Positions 30,801 through 41,532 are shown, counted from the first letter of the stretch. The stretch: 64,000 nucleotides of DNA from Trypanosoma brucei (GCA_000002445.1 CH464491.1:1984001-2048000); one strand, 5' to 3'. The notes: a model not told the origin generated them from the letters alone. Translations and numbers: made by a program.

Positions 30801-33800
30801 AAAGGTGGTGCATGGTATCGATGCTAGTGTCTCAAAAGCGCACCAAATCATTTGGTAGAAACCCTAAATATTTGCTGAACGTTCAACTTTCATTGTACAC
30901 AGGGAGTCAAGCCGATGCCCAGCCATCAGTAGTGATGAAGCTGAGTGATATAAGGTGTCATGGAACGTGTAAGGGCGGTCAGTTGCTCCGAGAGGTAAAC
31001 ATGGTTTCGCTTGTCATGACGGATGGACCGCCAACTAACTATCCGCGGCGGTTTCTTTTGGGTTCGCTTGGCGCGTTCGGTGGAGTGCTCTCGCGGGTTG
31101 AGGTGGAGATGCTCTTTGCCATGGGAAGTGACTCCTTGTTTTCACTCCATTTCATGGACAAGAAATTTGTGAATAATCTCTTTCCGGCGCTGGCCTACAT
31201 GTCTGAGAGAAACCGAGGAAAACACGGGGCGCAGCTTATGCGATTGGCAGTGCCGTGGTTGGCGCAGGGTTACGCCAACGCGGAGAATGCCATTTTGGCT
31301 TCTACATTCCCCTTTGCAGTGTATCAGAAAAGGGAGCGACAGGTGGTTGTCGCTGGCGTGCGCAACGGCGACCTCTGCGTCGAGTCGAACGCAGAATACC
31401 TTCAACCCACCAATGACAGACCAAAAGTGCAGGGCAGCGGCGCTGAGGAGACGCTTCCACCGGCTTCTGCGCGGTCAGTAAAGAGTGGAACCCGGATCCC
31501 TGTACCGATTTTCCTGGGCGTGCGCTCCGTGTCCGATTTGCAGAACTCTGGGGTTGCGGGGGAAGACATGTTAGCGCTGTTGAATGCGCCACAGTTTATA
31601 TGCAGCACGCCCCTGTATTCCATTTTGGATGCGCTAGGTGGTCCACCTTTCTTCTTGTGTTTTTCCTCCTTGCAACTTCCCCACTCGGGGGCATTCGAGG
31701 AGGCGTGGGAATGTGCATGCGCTGCAGTTAAATGGCACACAACTAACAATCTACTTTGCCCTAAGGCCCAACGTGGGGACGCCCATCTCCTTGCGTTAGT
31801 CAAAGCCTTGCTTTATCATCGGATACATGTATCAGAGACAACGGCATCCTCCTTGTGCGATGTTGTTGGTGACCGACTCATCACCCGTATGGATATTCTA
31901 CCACTTCTTCTTGAGTTTACTGTTTGGGCGAGGGATACCGGTGCTTTTCGCTTTGTTGTGGGTAAATTGCGTCAGTATATCCTTGACGATGTGTATGGCC
32001 GTTTCAACAGACAAATACTTGGTGCTGGTCGTCATATTGCGTCAACTGAGGGCGAATGCAATGCTTTGGAGGAGTTTCTTTTGCATCTTCACATACACTT
32101 TTCAGAAGGCATTGTTGGTAGTTGGGATACCTCTCTCATTCCCTTTGCCACAGAGTTTCTGACGGCTCTGTGCCAAACGGCGACTCACGCGAGAAGGGTT
32201 GTGAAGGCGGCCACTGCTCTGCTCGCTTTGGACAAACCCTTGACGTCCGCGGCGATAGAGTGGGTGATTGGCCTCTTAGAGGCTGTGTTTTATTTAATGA
32301 ACGAGAATGTTATTCTTTGTGGAGATGAATCTGCGAGTTTAGCTGAAGACATTACCGCCATTTTTAAGTCTTCACACGAGGCCGTGCGTCGCAAGGCACT
32401 GTCTTTGTTTTCACGCACACCAATGTCTAGGACCCAGTTAGACGCCGTAATAAGCCAGTACATGGTGAGGGGAGTCCTCTCTTCGGTTGACGACTTGCTC
32501 TCTGAGGAGGAGTTTCTTACTATTGTGGGGATCATTGAACGAAGCGCGGCCTCAGGTGACACCACTCGAGCTCGTGGGCTTCTGTATTTTCTCGTCACAC
32601 TTCTTTCCCACGTCCCAAATGAAATTCGGTTGGGTATCCTGTCACTGCTCGAGGAGATAACGTGTGAAAGAGGCGCATTTGAGGGTGGGCTTCTTTCTCC
32701 TCTTGACACCGGTGGGTTCCCTGTCTCTCTGTTGTATGGCCGCTTGCTGCACGTGCTGCATATGGTAGAGGGCAATTGCTCCTCCTTGGTTGAGTCATTT
32801 GTGAGGTTGGTGATCCGTATGTGTGTGGGAATGGTTTCGGTCTCGTGTGAGAGAAATGACATGAATTGTGGCCATCTCCTAGGTGAAGTGGGTCTAGCCT
32901 CTCTAACGTGTGTAGCGTCGATATTAAAACGTTCTGGACGTGAGGGATCGCTTGATGCTTGCATCAGCAGCGCGTTAATCCGGGCTTACCGGTATTCATC
33001 TGAAGTGTTACGTGCCTACAGCATGCATCTTGAGAAGGGAACTGCTACCGGAGCGTTTCTGATGAGCTATGTTTCGTTCCTAAAATCCACTGCAATTGTT
33101 GTGATTCTTCTAAGTTGGTGTGAAAGAGACTATCGGCTCTCTAGTGAGGTTAAAGTAGAAGATGAGAGTTGCGTTTGCCATGCGGCGGCGGAGGCTTACT
33201 TGGCTCAGTTTTCGAAACCTATTCATTTTGGAGACCACCACCTTAGTGCCCGCCTCTGCATGTCATTTTTTGAAGGTGGGCAAAGGTTATTTTTCCAGTT
33301 GCAGCAAGCTGGCACCACTGGGCTTCACGCCAAGGAAGTAAAGCAGATCTCTCAGGAGTTACTGACACTGCAATGGAGAGTGGCAGTGACCCTACTAAAT
33401 GACGCAGACACGAGCGGAGAAGATCTTATGAAAGAGCTTGCTCTTCTATATGTTGCAAGTAGCGGCAGCGCCAGTTACGGCTTTAAGTTTTCGACTTGGA
33501 AGGAGAGAGAGAGGTTGGTTGAACCACCATTGGGTTCCGACTGGAAGCATTTGCAATTCGCTCCCGGTGCTTTAATTACTGAGCTTCTGAAAGTGGATTA
33601 TGAGAGAGCGGTGAGGGAGAGCGCCCCATGGCTAATCGTTTCTAGAGGTGCATCAAGTCTTCTTAGTGAATCTCGGCTGGAGAATTCTAGTCGATACAAC
33701 ATGGCGGTGTCCATATGCCGTCTTGTGCGGTACAACAGCGGTATTTGGTCTAACGTGAAGGGGGGGTTTACTCCATTGTCCGTTGCGGAACTGGATTCGA

Positions 33801-36800
33801 ACATCAAAACGAATGCTATGAGTATCGGAGGTGCCGCCTTAAAACCTCTACCAGAGGGGGGTGATGGTATTAGCGTACATTGGGAAGTGGAGTTTTCGCG
33901 TAGTGGTGTGGCTTCGCTGGAAAGGTACATCAATGATATTCACTCGACTGCACTTTCTTCACTTAATCAATGTAGTGAGCGGTTTGCTCTTCTCCTTTTG
34001 TCGGTAAGTGCTGAACAGGCATTGCAGCATCGGGAAAAAAGTGGACTGGCTGTAGAGCAGTACTGCCGCTCCGTTTTGCGGCAAGTAGCTTCGCATCGAA
34101 AATGTATCGAGGGGGAAAGCAAGGCAGTACTCGCTGCATATGCAGCCTATCGTTTTTCGTTAACACCATGGTGGGGTCAAAGTGTAAATCTCTATGTTGC
34201 ATCCCCTGTGCCCATGAACCAGTGGGAGCTCGACCGTTTTACGGGACCTGAGTGGCAGCGCATTCGCTTTCGTCGCTTTGCACATGCCATGAGGGTTAAG
34301 CATGTGAAGTCCAAAGGCGATATGCTCCCATACGTTTATCGAGGTGACATTTCTTACCCCGATGACACACAACTGTTGGAAATTTACTCTGTTACGGCCG
34401 TTCCACAGTTGATCGGAGTCCACTGCGATGGACCTCAGCCTTTTGTGGCAAAGTGTGTCTTGGTTTTGCCCATGGACCGGGTTCCCATTACGCTGTACGT
34501 GTCGCCACATACCATTTCTTACGTTCACGACGAATCAGAACCGTCCCCAGATGCCACAGAAAGGGGGGTTACAGCGACACAGGCAACGAAGGGCAACGGA
34601 GGCAGTTGTTTTTCAGGTCTTCCGTGTATCTCTGCGTCGGCCGACCAGGAGTCTGACACGGTGGCTTGCAATGGAGATGTGCGTCGCTACCAGAGGGTGT
34701 TTGCTGTATCTTCTTTACGGGCAGTTTGGCCACGCCGTAATTTGCTTCAGCCATCTGCGCTTGAACTCCTTTTTTCGACTGGTGAAAGTATATTTTTGGT
34801 TTTTCATTCTCAGGACACGATGAAACTTGTCTCTGATATCGTCACTACCGTTGCATGTCCTTATCTTGATAGGGCTCTGGTGTTAACGGAGGCAAACTTG
34901 AAGATGTGGTGTAATTGGTGGCGCGAAGGACGCATCACCAACTTCCACTATTTGATGTACCTCAACTTTGCCGCGGGTCGGAGCTACGGGGATATGCGAC
35001 AGTATCCGGTATTCCCGCATGTTGTGGCTGACTTTTCGTCACTCACGTTGGATTTGACGTCACCATCCACGTACCGCTGCCTCAAGAGGCCGATAGGTGC
35101 TCAAACCCCGGAGGGCATCCAAAGGGCAGCTAAAACTTATGCGGAGACCTCCACGGATGTGGGCATGGCTGTGGAGGCATCGTGTTGCGGGTCGCCTTAT
35201 CACTACGGTTCCCACTACTCACCCTTAGGAGGCGCTCTTCATTACCTTGTTCGTGTGCAACCGTTTTCAGACTTTTTCATGAAGATGAATTCCAAGCTGG
35301 ACGATGCGGGTCGTGTGTTTGATTCTGTTGGTGCAGCATACGCGATAGCAACCTGTGGTAAAGATGTAAAAGAACTATTACCAGAGTTTTACTGTTTGCC
35401 CGAGTTGTTTGTTAATGCTAACCGTATACCATTCGGAACGAAGCAGGACGGGGAAGTCGTTAATGATGTGCAATTACCCCCTTGGGCGTCTACCCCTCGC
35501 AAGTTATCACAGACACTCAGAAGAGCACTGGAGGGTTGTTACGTCTCAGAAAATCTGCACTCGTGGATAGACTTAATATTTGGTTTCAGGCAGCGAGGAA
35601 AAGAGGCTGTCGCAGCACTGAACACGTTTCATCCTCTCACCTACGAGGGTTCTGTGAACCTCCCAAATATCAGTGATGACGTTCTCCGTTCCAGTCACGA
35701 AACACAGATTGACTGCTTTGGGCAAACTCCACTGCAGCTGTTCTCCCAGCCACACAAATCACGGCGGAAGATAGCAGATATCACGTTCCGTCAAAGCCCA
35801 TGTCCTACCCTCCGCTGCGATGCATCAAATTTGGCCCTTTGTGTTCTGCTGAACCCGGGACGACTCATCCCTGCCGGCGTTTGCAAACGTAGCTGCGGGA
35901 CCACTGTTGTGTTTCCCCGAACGAAGCTGAACGGCATCGGAAGCAGTATTGATGAGGGCACCGAACGCAAGGCTCAAGATGGCCAAGTGCGGCCCTTGGT
36001 GCTACCGAAAGGTGTTTTTCCGTTCACAGTGGTTCACGAACAGGTTAGGGATTGTCTTCGTTACAAAGGCAGTTGTATTGTTTTGGTCGATGGCAAGGAT
36101 GCGTCACACCAGACACGTTCATTTCATGTCGGATATGGGGAAATAACAGCTCTAACGGTCGACTCACCAAATGTTTACGTGGGGATGGAGTCTGGAGCCA
36201 TTCACATGCTAACGATGACGTATGACACTTTTCTGGAAGTTGAGTTGACCTTTCGTGATGGGAAGGGAGTGCGGCTAGGTGGGGAGGAGGTATTCCAAAG
36301 GTTTCTACAGGGTAAACTCAATTTCACTGAAAGCCGCCAGACAGCTTGTCGAACTTTGTGTGTGCTTTACGGTCACACCGCACGCGTGACTGCCCTATGC
36401 TTGTCCAGCGAGTGGGGCATTTTGGTCTCATCCTCCGAGGATTGCAACGTCGCACTGTGGGATACGGAGCGCCGTGTGCTAATTCGTACTATCCCCAATC
36501 ATCTCATGTCACCAGCGTACTCCAAATTTCCGATGAAAAGTGTCATGAACCACCGACTACAGGGTAGCAGTGGGTCGTGGTATTTTGATCTCATCACTGT
36601 GAACGCGAAGCATGGGGACATTATTTTAGCGGGTGGTTCGCTCGCTGGTTTGCACGAAGTCCGACGGTACTCCATCAATGGTGAGTTTTTGGGTTTCTAC
36701 TCGCTGGGGGAAACTCCGGCAACTGCCATTCTTTCAGTCGGTGATATTGTGTTTGTTGGTAGAGGGAGTGTAGTTCACATGTTGAAGGGGAATAGTTTAG

Positions 36801-36934
36801 AGTGGTCATGTGATCTTATCCATCCTGGGATCGAAGACTGCATCGAGTCGTTGGCTTTGAGTCCTAATGGTCAATCTCTCGTTGCTTGTGATCGGAGGGA
36901 AAATCTTGTTACATGGAAGGTAGCACCGCAGTAA
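27806..36934 (+). CDS. Giant BEACH-domain protein (3042 aa) of the LYST/neurobeachin family. It has an ARM/HEAT-like N-terminal region, a BEACH domain, and C-terminal WD40 repeats.
   Basis: ATG at 27806 after a polyY tract at 27746-27780 and an AG at 27787-27788. BEACH signature: WREGRITNFHYLMYLNFAAGRSYGDMRQYPVFPHV...YHYGSHYSPLGGALHYLVRVQPF...WIDLIFGFRQRGKEAVAALNTFHPLTYEG. WD40-like sequence: LYGHTARVTALCLSSEWGILVSSSEDCNVALWD. Confidence 0.9.
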   Translation: MALVGGEHRVTEDIVAVKYLESVRRLYFNPHAKDLERRTVQLLAQLLACPPHSLLVWDSLRRTRLLTTVARVLGSEKKLQGLLSVGGRPEDYLRVVELASNSSPCECMNHLTKGEDSHTELEPFFAVLGRLGKLDCDAATYRACYDSFARAVSNLLSDARNCARLVRADISPIKILFNTLKGSPSSRIDVSLCVLRVILQILLHTAAFTCIWIKEFSDLDGPSTCLSVVLTWCGTCEDPSLPLSTESTVVFDLLCLLLSFPGNGRGPSSALYMYLRGCHWEAENLEVGPLDDTATIGMFGLNVLVEACSIAMNFRPAIFTHLARLLVRALKLGGDDVVSAGLVSAALVAVLRQYAKFCDDCDKTILAIVRLCVTVCSCHGAYDAQTEGATQLCTLVVELVCDMRGHISKGTVRAVMCLTSRVNAESTFTRLFSVHLLERLEGRLAISQDPAEVYLFLQMMNEICGNVPVLRREFMLTLNTLFQLLGTEAKNGRETLMLCVDLLSTMCRDDEETTFNIYAGLREFITRSDFCSVDSIRLGCWGLQALIDLLAHASSSLTHFADSVDFLVTCVEKLCVAMCRAFDSQMTVTECFGVPSQILGPQPLEVGGFDVNPGSVVPNVYYFYCQFLVLGLHALCYVQATSTGTFFRDLPAKLERVLARGPFLRCRVYTSAVVRALIAMASSTSSVVFDEVFFANRGDCAQWFAGWGAVHRRSWRFNTSFGDVSFFHERQRIVHIGYFWCLQRLLLQLSDTSQKSMLGASVLELWFNVFSNSSENIYILMDSKMTLTLASLCAVSAADDCEYSFERYEILLKTMHEMGVYGMDCASVLYLLRLCLCDRDSSSVLYNDEATVKVLSTLKTLLRQSLPSNGPVLFYGVSSGCTPRSHFCNNTAALQVRGPRIGGGVDIPVLLGRVKSDRCFSFVLWFLLEPKSPHTVEEVDIILMSIAFNRNSAFIQLVYTVQGTLHLRVILRSPEDRNQQQQRLHSEYVLFSNDEIPTKRWCMVSMLVSQKRTKSFGRNPKYLLNVQLSLYTGSQADAQPSVVMKLSDIRCHGTCKGGQLLREVNMVSLVMTDGPPTNYPRRFLLGSLGAFGGVLSRVEVEMLFAMGSDSLFSLHFMDKKFVNNLFPALAYMSERNRGKHGAQLMRLAVPWLAQGYANAENAILASTFPFAVYQKRERQVVVAGVRNGDLCVESNAEYLQPTNDRPKVQGSGAEETLPPASARSVKSGTRIPVPIFLGVRSVSDLQNSGVAGEDMLALLNAPQFICSTPLYSILDALGGPPFFLCFSSLQLPHSGAFEEAWECACAAVKWHTTNNLLCPKAQRGDAHLLALVKALLYHRIHVSETTASSLCDVVGDRLITRMDILPLLLEFTVWARDTGAFRFVVGKLRQYILDDVYGRFNRQILGAGRHIASTEGECNALEEFLLHLHIHFSEGIVGSWDTSLIPFATEFLTALCQTATHARRVVKAATALLALDKPLTSAAIEWVIGLLEAVFYLMNENVILCGDESASLAEDITAIFKSSHEAVRRKALSLFSRTPMSRTQLDAVISQYMVRGVLSSVDDLLSEEEFLTIVGIIERSAASGDTTRARGLLYFLVTLLSHVPNEIRLGILSLLEEITCERGAFEGGLLSPLDTGGFPVSLLYGRLLHVLHMVEGNCSSLVESFVRLVIRMCVGMVSVSCERNDMNCGHLLGEVGLASLTCVASILKRSGREGSLDACISSALIRAYRYSSEVLRAYSMHLEKGTATGAFLMSYVSFLKSTAIVVILLSWCERDYRLSSEVKVEDESCVCHAAAEAYLAQFSKPIHFGDHHLSARLCMSFFEGGQRLFFQLQQAGTTGLHAKEVKQISQELLTLQWRVAVTLLNDADTSGEDLMKELALLYVASSGSASYGFKFSTWKERERLVEPPLGSDWKHLQFAPGALITELLKVDYERAVRESAPWLIVSRGASSLLSESRLENSSRYNMAVSICRLVRYNSGIWSNVKGGFTPLSVAELDSNIKTNAMSIGGAALKPLPEGGDGISVHWEVEFSRSGVASLERYINDIHSTALSSLNQCSERFALLLLSVSAEQALQHREKSGLAVEQYCRSVLRQVASHRKCIEGESKAVLAAYAAYRFSLTPWWGQSVNLYVASPVPMNQWELDRFTGPEWQRIRFRRFAHAMRVKHVKSKGDMLPYVYRGDISYPDDTQLLEIYSVTAVPQLIGVHCDGPQPFVAKCVLVLPMDRVPITLYVSPHTISYVHDESEPSPDATERGVTATQATKGNGGSCFSGLPCISASADQESDTVACNGDVRRYQRVFAVSSLRAVWPRRNLLQPSALELLFSTGESIFLVFHSQDTMKLVSDIVTTVACPYLDRALVLTEANLKMWCNWWREGRITNFHYLMYLNFAAGRSYGDMRQYPVFPHVVADFSSLTLDLTSPSTYRCLKRPIGAQTPEGIQRAAKTYAETSTDVGMAVEASCCGSPYHYGSHYSPLGGALHYLVRVQPFSDFFMKMNSKLDDAGRVFDSVGAAYAIATCGKDVKELLPEFYCLPELFVNANRIPFGTKQDGEVVNDVQLPPWASTPRKLSQTLRRALEGCYVSENLHSWIDLIFGFRQRGKEAVAALNTFHPLTYEGSVNLPNISDDVLRSSHETQIDCFGQTPLQLFSQPHKSRRKIADITFRQSPCPTLRCDASNLALCVLLNPGRLIPAGVCKRSCGTTVVFPRTKLNGIGSSIDEGTERKAQDGQVRPLVLPKGVFPFTVVHEQVRDCLRYKGSCIVLVDGKDASHQTRSFHVGYGEITALTVDSPNVYVGMESGAIHMLTMTYDTFLEVELTFRDGKGVRLGGEEVFQRFLQGKLNFTESRQTACRTLCVLYGHTARVTALCLSSEWGILVSSSEDCNVALWDTERRVLIRTIPNHLMSPAYSKFPMKSVMNHRLQGSSGSWYFDLITVNAKHGDIILAGGSLAGLHEVRRYSINGEFLGFYSLGETPATAILSVGDIVFVGRGSVVHMLKGNSLEWSCDLIHPGIEDCIESLALSPNGQSLVACDRRENLVTWKVAPQ

Positions 36935-37545
36935 CCCATTGAGCTGGCCGCGTGGCGTATTCAGGGACGTTTTTTTTTGTGTGTGCGTGTGCAGGGCAGG
37001 TGCGCGTGCATGTTTCTGGTGTCGAGACAAGGCGGTTCTGTATGTGGATGCAATATTCCTCAATCGCCATTACTCCCTAACCAAGTTAAGTTTGCTTTTC
37101 CCTGCTATACATACACCAACCTCCGCCCTTCTTTGTTTGTGGCGCTACTTTGTTGTTGCGTCGAGTAGTTAATTTTCTTTGCTTCGGTGAATGATGCTAG
37201 GTAACTGGTTGTGCGGGCGAGTTGTGTTGTTTCTTGAACTTTTCATCATCGGCCGATCCTTGTCCTTTTGTGAAAGTGTGAGTATTCGCTTTGTTGTTGC
37301 GGAAGCGTCTGCGCGGAGAAACGATTAGTCGAGTCCTACGATCTAAATGTTATCAATGCCGATGACCAGCGAATATTTACTGTGTGTTGTCAGTGTGAAG
37401 TGTACCATCATTTCTCCCCTTATTTTTTGTCGTTTCTTTGTTTAGGGCCCTGCCTGTCGTCTGCTTGTGCCACTGTGCGTGTGCGCGAATCTGTTATGCC
37501 AAATCGTTCATTGTCAGCTTTTCTCCTGTTATCTAATGTAGCGCC

Positions 37546-38349
37546 ATGCCCGTGCTCCCGCCGTGGCGGCAGCGGACCTCCATTTTTCACCGTTCGGAGG
37601 GTCGTGTACAAAGTGTTGACGCGACGAGGATTTCTCTGGTGGCGGCTGCAGGACTTGTCGCTTCACAATCAGCTACGTTTACCGTCCTCTATTTGTTTCT
37701 TCCCGAGGGACTGGCAGGTTTGACGCATTTGATGGTTGCGGCGGTGCTGTTCAACGCATTTATGTTGTGGAATTGGGGGTCTGATCCGGGGTTTGTGACT
37801 TCTTCGGAGGAGCCTTCAACGGCAAGGGAGAGGGCGATCCGTAGATGGTGTTCTGTGTGTCGTCTGTTGCAGCCCCTGCGGACCAAACACTGTGACAAGT
37901 GCGGCAGATGTGTCCGGAAGTACGATCACCATTGTTACTGCATTGGTGGTTGTGTTGGCGAGTTCAATCATGTGCGTTTCGTTCTTACTTTGGCGTCTGC
38001 AGTCCCTTATTTTGTCCTTCTACCACCGGCACTACTTAAATGTTTTAGTCTCGGGGATATCATAGACCTCGACCGCGTCATCAGTAGGAATATCGTTCCC
38101 TTTATTTTTGTTGCATACACCACCATTCAATTGGTACTTGTGCTCTCTTTGCTTGGGTTGCACTGCACTCTGTTGCTCAACAACAAGACAACGTGGGAGC
38201 TCTCTTCCAGAGGCCGCATCACATATCTGGATTCAAGGGCAGCGAACCCCTTTAACAAGGGGATTGTGCAGAATGTTTACTTTCTTTTTCGGCGGAAGCC
38301 CATAAACTGGTATTCAGTATTGGAAGAGGATGAATGTGCCCTCGTCTAA
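37546..38349 (+). CDS. DHHC-type protein S-acyltransferase (267 aa), multi-pass membrane protein.
   Basis: ATG verified at 37546. The DHHC-CRD is CSVCRLLQPLRTKHCDKCGRCVRKYDHHCYCIGGCVGEFNH. It is flanked by hydrophobic helices. Confidence 0.85.
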   Translation: MPVLPPWRQRTSIFHRSEGRVQSVDATRISLVAAAGLVASQSATFTVLYLFLPEGLAGLTHLMVAAVLFNAFMLWNWGSDPGFVTSSEEPSTARERAIRRWCSVCRLLQPLRTKHCDKCGRCVRKYDHHCYCIGGCVGEFNHVRFVLTLASAVPYFVLLPPALLKCFSLGDIIDLDRVISRNIVPFIFVAYTTIQLVLVLSLLGLHCTLLLNNKTTWELSSRGRITYLDSRAANPFNKGIVQNVYFLFRRKPINWYSVLEEDECALV

Positions 38350-39516
38350 ATAATATTTTTGCCTTGCAATTTACTTACGCCCAGCGAGACCTGGACATGC
38401 CACTCTGTCGTGCTCGCCATGGAATTCGTGCTAGTGGCTTGTAGACTCGCTGCTCTATGTTACTCAAAACATATTGATGCTTGCGGATGCCTTTTTCGTG
38501 TGAGGGGGCGGCCCGTGTTGAAACACAACTGTCGTTTCCATACGTCGTTGAGAAAGTTTAATACTCTCTTGCTGGTTCATATTTGGTGTCTCAAATGCGC
38601 GCCTTTATGTTATACCCCTCTCAGCGTTTTTGTTTTCGCGAAGGTTTATCCTGATTATCATTTAGTTTACGCGTTTGTCACCCCTAGATATCTCATGGAC
38701 TGAAAGGGATAGAAATGAAGAGCGAGAAAAGGGGTTTCTCGTTTCCGAATTTTCGTCACATCAAGTTGAAGGTCGCCTGTGCCGCACTCTTCCCGGTTAA
38801 AAAATCTATGTTGTGCCAAGCCATTCACTGGCAGCTGAGGTGCTTCCCAGTAACGCGTGAGCCTCGTTGGTTTTCTTGGCTCAGCACCCTTTCGCGTAAG
38901 AGGTCTTGCAACCCAAATTGTCACCTTCAACTCCGAATACAGGAACATACCAGCGTGTGGTGCAAACCCACCATCTCAAGAGAAGGAAGGTGACTTCCCG
39001 AGTAATCTGGAGAGCAGACACCCTGAGAGAGATTATGCCACTTGACAGCTGCATCAGAATAGCCACATGGCGCCAGCACACTCATGGGAGATTTGTGGTT
39101 ATAATTGATATGCAAGACTGCCATCCCGGAGGAAACCGTTCGACCAGTGTCTGCATCTGCCGCAACCCACCATGTCCCGCAAACCGTTCACTGTATGCCA
39201 CACTCCTCCACACAGCGTGGCGTTCTAACGCATGATACAGGGTTGATTTCGGACGGACAAGCGCACAAAAAAGAGATACGTTGAACGATGAAGATGGACC
39301 GCAGCTCCAGTGATGTACTGTCAGTGTCAGTGTCAGTTCTGTTGGCTGACGGTAACGGGTCAGTACAGCACTGTAATGTTGGCTTCCCTCCATCTGATCT
39401 TGTGGGTCCTCATCAGGTATTTTCTTCGTTATTATTGTGTTTGTTTGTGTTTTGAAGCAGCTGTAGCAAAGGTTTTTTGCACTTTGACGTATTGTTGTTC
39501 GGCGTGTTGTGTTGCT

Positions 39517-39560
39517 CGCTGCTTTTTTTCTTTAACATTCCAGTTTTTCTTATTCTTTAG
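39517..39560 (+). promoter_or_regulatory. Polypyrimidine tract plus AG: the trans-splice acceptor signal for the downstream CCDC65/DRC2 gene.
   Basis: Sequence ctcgctgctttttttctttaacattccagtttttcttattctttag ends 9 nt before the ATG at 39569. Confidence 0.5.
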
Positions 39561-39568
39561 TTGAAGGT

Positions 39569-41092
39569 ATGCAAGCCGATGCAAAGGGGAAGAAAAAAAA
39601 GGGTTCCAAGAAGAGAAGGACACTTGATCCTGTTGTTGCTGAGCGAATGCGCGTTGAGGAGGAAGAACGGCGTAGACGTCAAGAGGTAGCACTTGTTGAA
39701 CGCCTGAGGGAGATGAAGAACGAAGAAGAAACTATGACAAAGAACGCGACTGCTGTTGTCGAGGCCCGATGGATTTCTTTCCTGCGTGAGTGCAAGCGCA
39801 AGGAACTTGTAGCGGAAATTGAAATTGTGCGTAGGGCATTCGGATCCTCTGTTGACCGTAAGAATGCAGTAATCGATATGCTGTTTGATGAGCTTGTGGA
39901 TGCTGAGGAGCAGCATCGCCTTGTTTTTCAGTCCCACATGCGAACTGTCGATTCTCTTATTCAAATGCAGAGCACACGTATGGAAGACCTCGAGGGCGAG
40001 TTTGAGAAGGACCTCCAGGAGATGAAGGCTGACTATGACAGAGAACTATTGGAACTTGCGCGCAAGCATGAGTATGAAGTGGCCGACCTGACATTCATTC
40101 TTGAGAATATGGCTGAGGAGGCGGAACAACTAGAAAAGAAGCTGCAAGAAAATACTTCGGAGGCACACGACACTGCTCTAGAAAAGATGGAGGAGGACCG
40201 AAAACAGATGGAAGCGGAACTGATTCGAGCAAGTGAAGCTATCCGCTCAGAGTTAGACACAAGGTACAAAGAATTTATGGCTACGGCGCAGGTGAGCATG
40301 AAGGATTACATGGACAAGTCGAAGAAAGATGCAGAAACGACGCAGCGCATCGCCTCACAGACGCAGCGTATTGAGAAGTTGCAGGAGAGCGTTAATTCGT
40401 GGAGGACGAACATAGCGCGCAATGCGAAGGGATGGGAACAGAAGAACTCCGTCATTCAACAGGAGCGTGACGCCACGATCGGTCATTTGAAGGCTTTGAA
40501 GAGCAAGATGCATGGTTGGAGGAGCAAGGAGGCCTCTCGTCTTGCAGAAGTGATCAAGAGTGCGAAGGACGTTGAAGACAAACTGCGTGGTGTGGTAAAG
40601 GATGCAGAAAAAATCCTCCGGCTAGTGGAACTTGCAAAGCCGCTGGAAACTGACAGGGAGCAAATACTCTCTTGCAACTCGAACATTACAACAAGCGAAA
40701 TTGAGAAAGAAGTTAAACACTTGATAGCAAATACCGATGCAGGAAGGCCAAGTGAAGAATCCTCTGTCCCCGATGGTGCGGCGTTCTCGGAGGACTGGCG
40801 CCTCCTGGAGCGCTTTTGGACGAAGTACAACAAGGTGGTGCTCGACAACGTGGCTCTGTCACAAGAGAGGCGTCACCTCGAGGAAGAAAATCTGAAGCTG
40901 CAGGTGTTGCTAAAGCAGTACCTAGATGAAATCAGCCTCAACGATGCCGTGATACGAGGTCCCAACCCATTGATCCAGGCGTCAAAACTACTGACTGTAG
41001 TTGAAGCTGCTGGGCGCGGGGCTACTGGCGGAAGACGTGAGTACACGACAGCGATAGAGGGCAACAAGTTCGTCTCCGACATGACGAGGTAG
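39569..41092 (+). CDS. DRC2: Axonemal coiled-coil protein (507 aa), an ortholog of CCDC65 / nexin-dynein regulatory complex subunit DRC2.
   Basis: ATG verified at 39569. From my memory of human CCDC65, the N-terminal segment AVVEARWISFLRECKRKELVAEIEIVRRAFG...DELVDAEEQHRLVFQSHMRTVDSL and the C-terminal segment ERFWTKYNKVVLDNVALSQERRHLEEENLKLQVLLKQYLDEISLNDAV...NPL align with it. The protein is a coiled-coil throughout. Confidence 0.6.
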   Translation: MQADAKGKKKKGSKKRRTLDPVVAERMRVEEEERRRRQEVALVERLREMKNEEETMTKNATAVVEARWISFLRECKRKELVAEIEIVRRAFGSSVDRKNAVIDMLFDELVDAEEQHRLVFQSHMRTVDSLIQMQSTRMEDLEGEFEKDLQEMKADYDRELLELARKHEYEVADLTFILENMAEEAEQLEKKLQENTSEAHDTALEKMEEDRKQMEAELIRASEAIRSELDTRYKEFMATAQVSMKDYMDKSKKDAETTQRIASQTQRIEKLQESVNSWRTNIARNAKGWEQKNSVIQQERDATIGHLKALKSKMHGWRSKEASRLAEVIKSAKDVEDKLRGVVKDAEKILRLVELAKPLETDREQILSCNSNITTSEIEKEVKHLIANTDAGRPSEESSVPDGAAFSEDWRLLERFWTKYNKVVLDNVALSQERRHLEEENLKLQVLLKQYLDEISLNDAVIRGPNPLIQASKLLTVVEAAGRGATGGRREYTTAIEGNKFVSDMTR

Positions 41093-41532
41093 GCAATTCC
41101 TGTTGGGGTATGAGCACACTTTTCATCGTTTCCTCCTTTAAGCAATATGGGGAAATGGCAATGTAGAGTTTACGACTAGAGCAACAGTGGTAAAGACCAA
41201 ATCCGAACAAGCGGTGTAACGGAATGGGTCCTTGCGGGTTTGCGGCAGGGGCTGGCATGACTGAATACCCGGCAACCTCATAATCTTCTTGGGGGCTAAC
41301 ACTTGGTTAGGTGTTGTTTGGCCACTCAGTTTTTTATCGTTTTTTTTCTTTTTCTGTCCCAAACTTTTTTGATATTCATGTAACGCGCGCACGAGTTGTA
41401 TACTGTGTGTTTGACGAAATAGACTGATAACAATAACCATAGGGTATACTATCTGTGCGGAAGGTTGAAAGGAAGGGTGTTACTTCTGTAAAAGGAAGTA
41501 AAAAGGGCAAGGCTCGAGAAGGGTTTCAAGCA

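Noticed and set aside
38359-39235. ORFs 38359-38703 and 38906-39235 in the gap between the DHHC and DRC2 genes
   Set aside because: Translations are Cys/Arg/His-rich low-complexity without motifs or splice-signal context. They most likely lie in 3' UTR/intergenic sequence.
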